Shown in pieces: positions 61,784 through 64,000 of a stretch of DNA of 64,000 nt. The number at the start of each line of letters is the position of its first letter. The first letter of the stretch is position 1. The stretch lies in the NCBI GenBank assembly GCA_040954595.2, contig CM082592.2, positions 2,170,001-2,234,000 of the forward strand, read 5' to 3'. The translations under genes and the position numbers were made by a program. This DNA comes from Balanoglossus misakiensis. Taxonomy: Eukaryota; Animalia; Hemichordata. The notes below the pieces were generated by a model. It saw nothing but the letters and a program-made list of their open reading frames with translations. It was not told the DNA's origin and did no database searches.

Positions 61784-64000
61784 ATGCCACGCTCTAGGAA
61801 CTGGAGGAAGAAGAGGAGTCAGATGAAAGAGGATGCTGCCCTCTCAAAAAACAGCTTCGATATGACAGAGGATGCTGCCCTCTCAAAAAACAGCTTCGAT
61901 ATGACAGAGGATGCTGCCCTCTCAAAAAACAGCTTCGATATGACAGAGGATGCTGCCCTCTCAAAAAACAGCTTCGATATGACAGAGGATGCTGCCCTCT
62001 CAAAAAACAGCGACGTAATCAAAGAGGATGCTGCCCTCTATAATCTCAGCGACAATACCCTTCGGGGTGCCAGCCTTCGGTGTTCGAAGGATCAAAACTG
62101 TGAAACTTCCCTTCGGGGTTCAAACCTTCGGTGTTCGAAGGGTCAAAACTTTGAAACTTCCCTTCGGGGAACCAATGAATCTAGGGTACCTGCAAATGGT
62201 GACATTGTCACTTATGTTAATGGCAATTTACAGATTGAGAAAGCAGTTGATATTGCACACAAGAGAAATGACAATGAATGTATTCTTCATAATGTTACTG
62301 CGAATGAATTTTTGTTCTCTCCTGTAACCACCACCATATGCCAAGAGTTATGCTGTAAGCTTCACATTAAATATGGAAATAAAGTTGAAATGCTCGATGA
62401 AATTCATAGTGTTGAAATTGGTGAACCATGCAATATCAAATCTATTGTCGGTGATGGTAATTGTTTGTTTAGAGCTTTGTCGTATGCCATAAGTGGCAGT
62501 GAACGTAACCATGCTGTAATGCGAAAGGCCATTGTAAATCACATGATTGCAAATGACAGTGCATATTTTGGTTGGCTGGACCCAGACCAAGGATATACAT
62601 CAGTTGCTGATTATATTGCAAAGTCTAGAATGAATTGTCTAACAATCTGGGGTTCCGAAAATGAGATCTTGGCTGCTGCCGATCTCTTACAAACTGACAT
62701 CTATGTGTATAGTTCTGGAACATGGCTGAGACATTATTGTAATGCAATTAATAAAAGTAATGTTGATAAAGGTGTAGGTATATACCTGAACCATGCCAAC
62801 AGAGACCATTTTGAAATTGTCAAGAGTGTAAAGACACCTGAGATGGTAACATCTGACTCTATACACATTGAACGTGTTGAACTTGTCTCAAGTGAAGGTA
62901 TGACTAATGAATTCCACAATGAGGCAGATAGTGGCAGTTGTGTTCCACTAAAGAGTCCATTGGACAAGAAAGGAAATTTCCACTTAAGTGATGAAACTGA
63001 AAGTGTTACAAAAGGAAGAGGTAAGAGACCAGCAATGAGTGAACGATTACGAAAGAAAATCAGAAAAGAAAAATATGAATGTAATGAGACCACTGCAAAG
63101 AGGTGCAGGACAATATCTGAATCTGAATTGTATCATACTAATACTCAATATAGAGAGATGAAGAAGCTGAAAAGTAGACAGCATTATCATGACATCCGAG
63201 AAAGTAAGACGCAGAAAATGAAAGAGTTATATGAACAAAATGCGGACTATCGGGAGGCAAAAAAGACACAAATCAGAGTTAAATATGAACAAAATCCTGA
63301 TTTTCAGGACGCAAAGAAGGCACATGCTAGAGTAACTTACCAAGATAATCCTGATTTTCGGGAGGCAAAGAAAGCACACGTAAGAGTTAATTACCAAGAA
63401 AATCCTGATTTTCGGGAGGCAAAGAAAGCACGTGTAAGATTAAATTACGAAGAAAATCCTACTGTTCGGGAGGCAAAGAAGGCACGCATAAGAGTAAATT
63501 ATGAACAAAATCCTGATTTTCGGGAAGCACAGAAGGCACGCATAAGAGTAAATTATGAACAAAATCCTGATTTTCGGGAAGCACAGAAGGCACGCATAAG
63601 AGTAAATTATGAACAAAATCCTGATTTTCGGGAAGCACAGAAGGCACGCGTAAGAGTAAAATATGAACAAAATCCTGACTTTCGGGAAGCACATAAAGCA
63701 CAAATGTCCAAACAACTATCCCAAAAATATGACCAAGACGTAAACTTTCGTGAATCAAAGAAGACACAGAGTATTCAACGATATGAGAATAACCCTCATT
63801 ACAAAGATAATGTATTGAAGAGAAGCAGGTGTCAGATGATACAGAATGACATTGACAAGCAAAATGTTCAGCATGTTATTGCTAATTTTAGAAATACTGC
63901 CTCAGAAGGTCCAAATTGTGTATGTTCAGTTTGTCATCGTCGACTTTTCAGGAAACAAGTAATTGTTTGCAACAAGGATAAATATTACAGTAACAGAATT
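61784..64000 (+). CDS. OTU cysteine-protease-containing polyprotein (Helentron Rep/Hel N-terminus), >=739 aa, runs off window; absent from ORF track
   Basis: Open frame from ATG 61784. OTU motifs IVGDGNCLFRALS, WGSENEILAAADLL, IYLNHANRDHFEIV; 13-aa repeats (39 bp, ~61823-62010); 18-aa repeats (54 bp, ~63225-63760); EGPNCVCSVCHRRLFRKQV motif that precedes Rep/helicase in such elements. Confidence 0.85.
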   Translation, partial: MPRSRNWRKKRSQMKEDAALSKNSFDMTEDAALSKNSFDMTEDAALSKNSFDMTEDAALSKNSFDMTEDAALSKNSDVIKEDAALYNLSDNTLRGASLRCSKDQNCETSLRGSNLRCSKGQNFETSLRGTNESRVPANGDIVTYVNGNLQIEKAVDIAHKRNDNECILHNVTANEFLFSPVTTTICQELCCKLHIKYGNKVEMLDEIHSVEIGEPCNIKSIVGDGNCLFRALSYAISGSERNHAVMRKAIVNHMIANDSAYFGWLDPDQGYTSVADYIAKSRMNCLTIWGSENEILAAADLLQTDIYVYSSGTWLRHYCNAINKSNVDKGVGIYLNHANRDHFEIVKSVKTPEMVTSDSIHIERVELVSSEGMTNEFHNEADSGSCVPLKSPLDKKGNFHLSDETESVTKGRGKRPAMSERLRKKIRKEKYECNETTAKRCRTISESELYHTNTQYREMKKLKSRQHYHDIRESKTQKMKELYEQNADYREAKKTQIRVKYEQNPDFQDAKKAHARVTYQDNPDFREAKKAHVRVNYQENPDFREAKKARVRLNYEENPTVREAKKARIRVNYEQNPDFREAQKARIRVNYEQNPDFREAQKARIRVNYEQNPDFREAQKARVRVKYEQNPDFREAHKAQMSKQLSQKYDQDVNFRESKKTQSIQRYENNPHYKDNVLKRSRCQMIQNDIDKQNVQHVIANFRNTASEGPNCVCSVCHRRLFRKQVIVCNKDKYYSNRI

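Larger units (their letters stand above)
56146..64000 (+). mobile_element. Helentron/Helitron-like autonomous element, 5' part
   Basis: OTU-containing ORF typical of Helentron Rep/Hel N-termini. Left boundary tentatively placed at TTAAAGCTGCAAGCAGCG, a motif I recall from Helentron-associated repeats (boundary uncertain). Confidence 0.55.

Overview
Eukaryotic, AT-rich, intron-containing animal DNA (inferred marine invertebrate, probably a deuterostome; not provable here) packed with nested transposons. No rRNA, tRNA or CRISPR was seen. Main contents: (1) The right part of an ISL2EU-type (PIF/Harbinger-related) DNA transposon, with a DDE transposase converging on a 3-exon SAP-SWIM-YqaJ exonuclease gene. 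(2) A very young full-length Gypsy/Ty3 LTR retrotransposon (13502-21865). It has apparently identical 565-bp LTRs, an ATAC TSD, a tRNA-Leu PBS, a -1 frameshift signal and an extra non-env ORF3; a decayed relative of its 3' cassette lies at ~5.96-7.96 kb. (3) A disrupted TRAPPC4 (synbindin) copy spread over 11.3-24.3 kb. (4) A minus-strand multi-exon coiled-coil pseudogene whose last exon runs into an 87-bp x ~16.5 tandem array with only TGA stops in frame. (5) The 5' part of a Helentron/Helitron-like element with an OTU protease ORF running off the window. (6) A Tc1 relic, many MITEs (P-like, Harbinger-like, MULE-like, Academ-like, Kolobok-like, piggyBac-like), a nested inverted duplication and microsatellites. 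All calls come from reading the sequence by eye; no searches were run.
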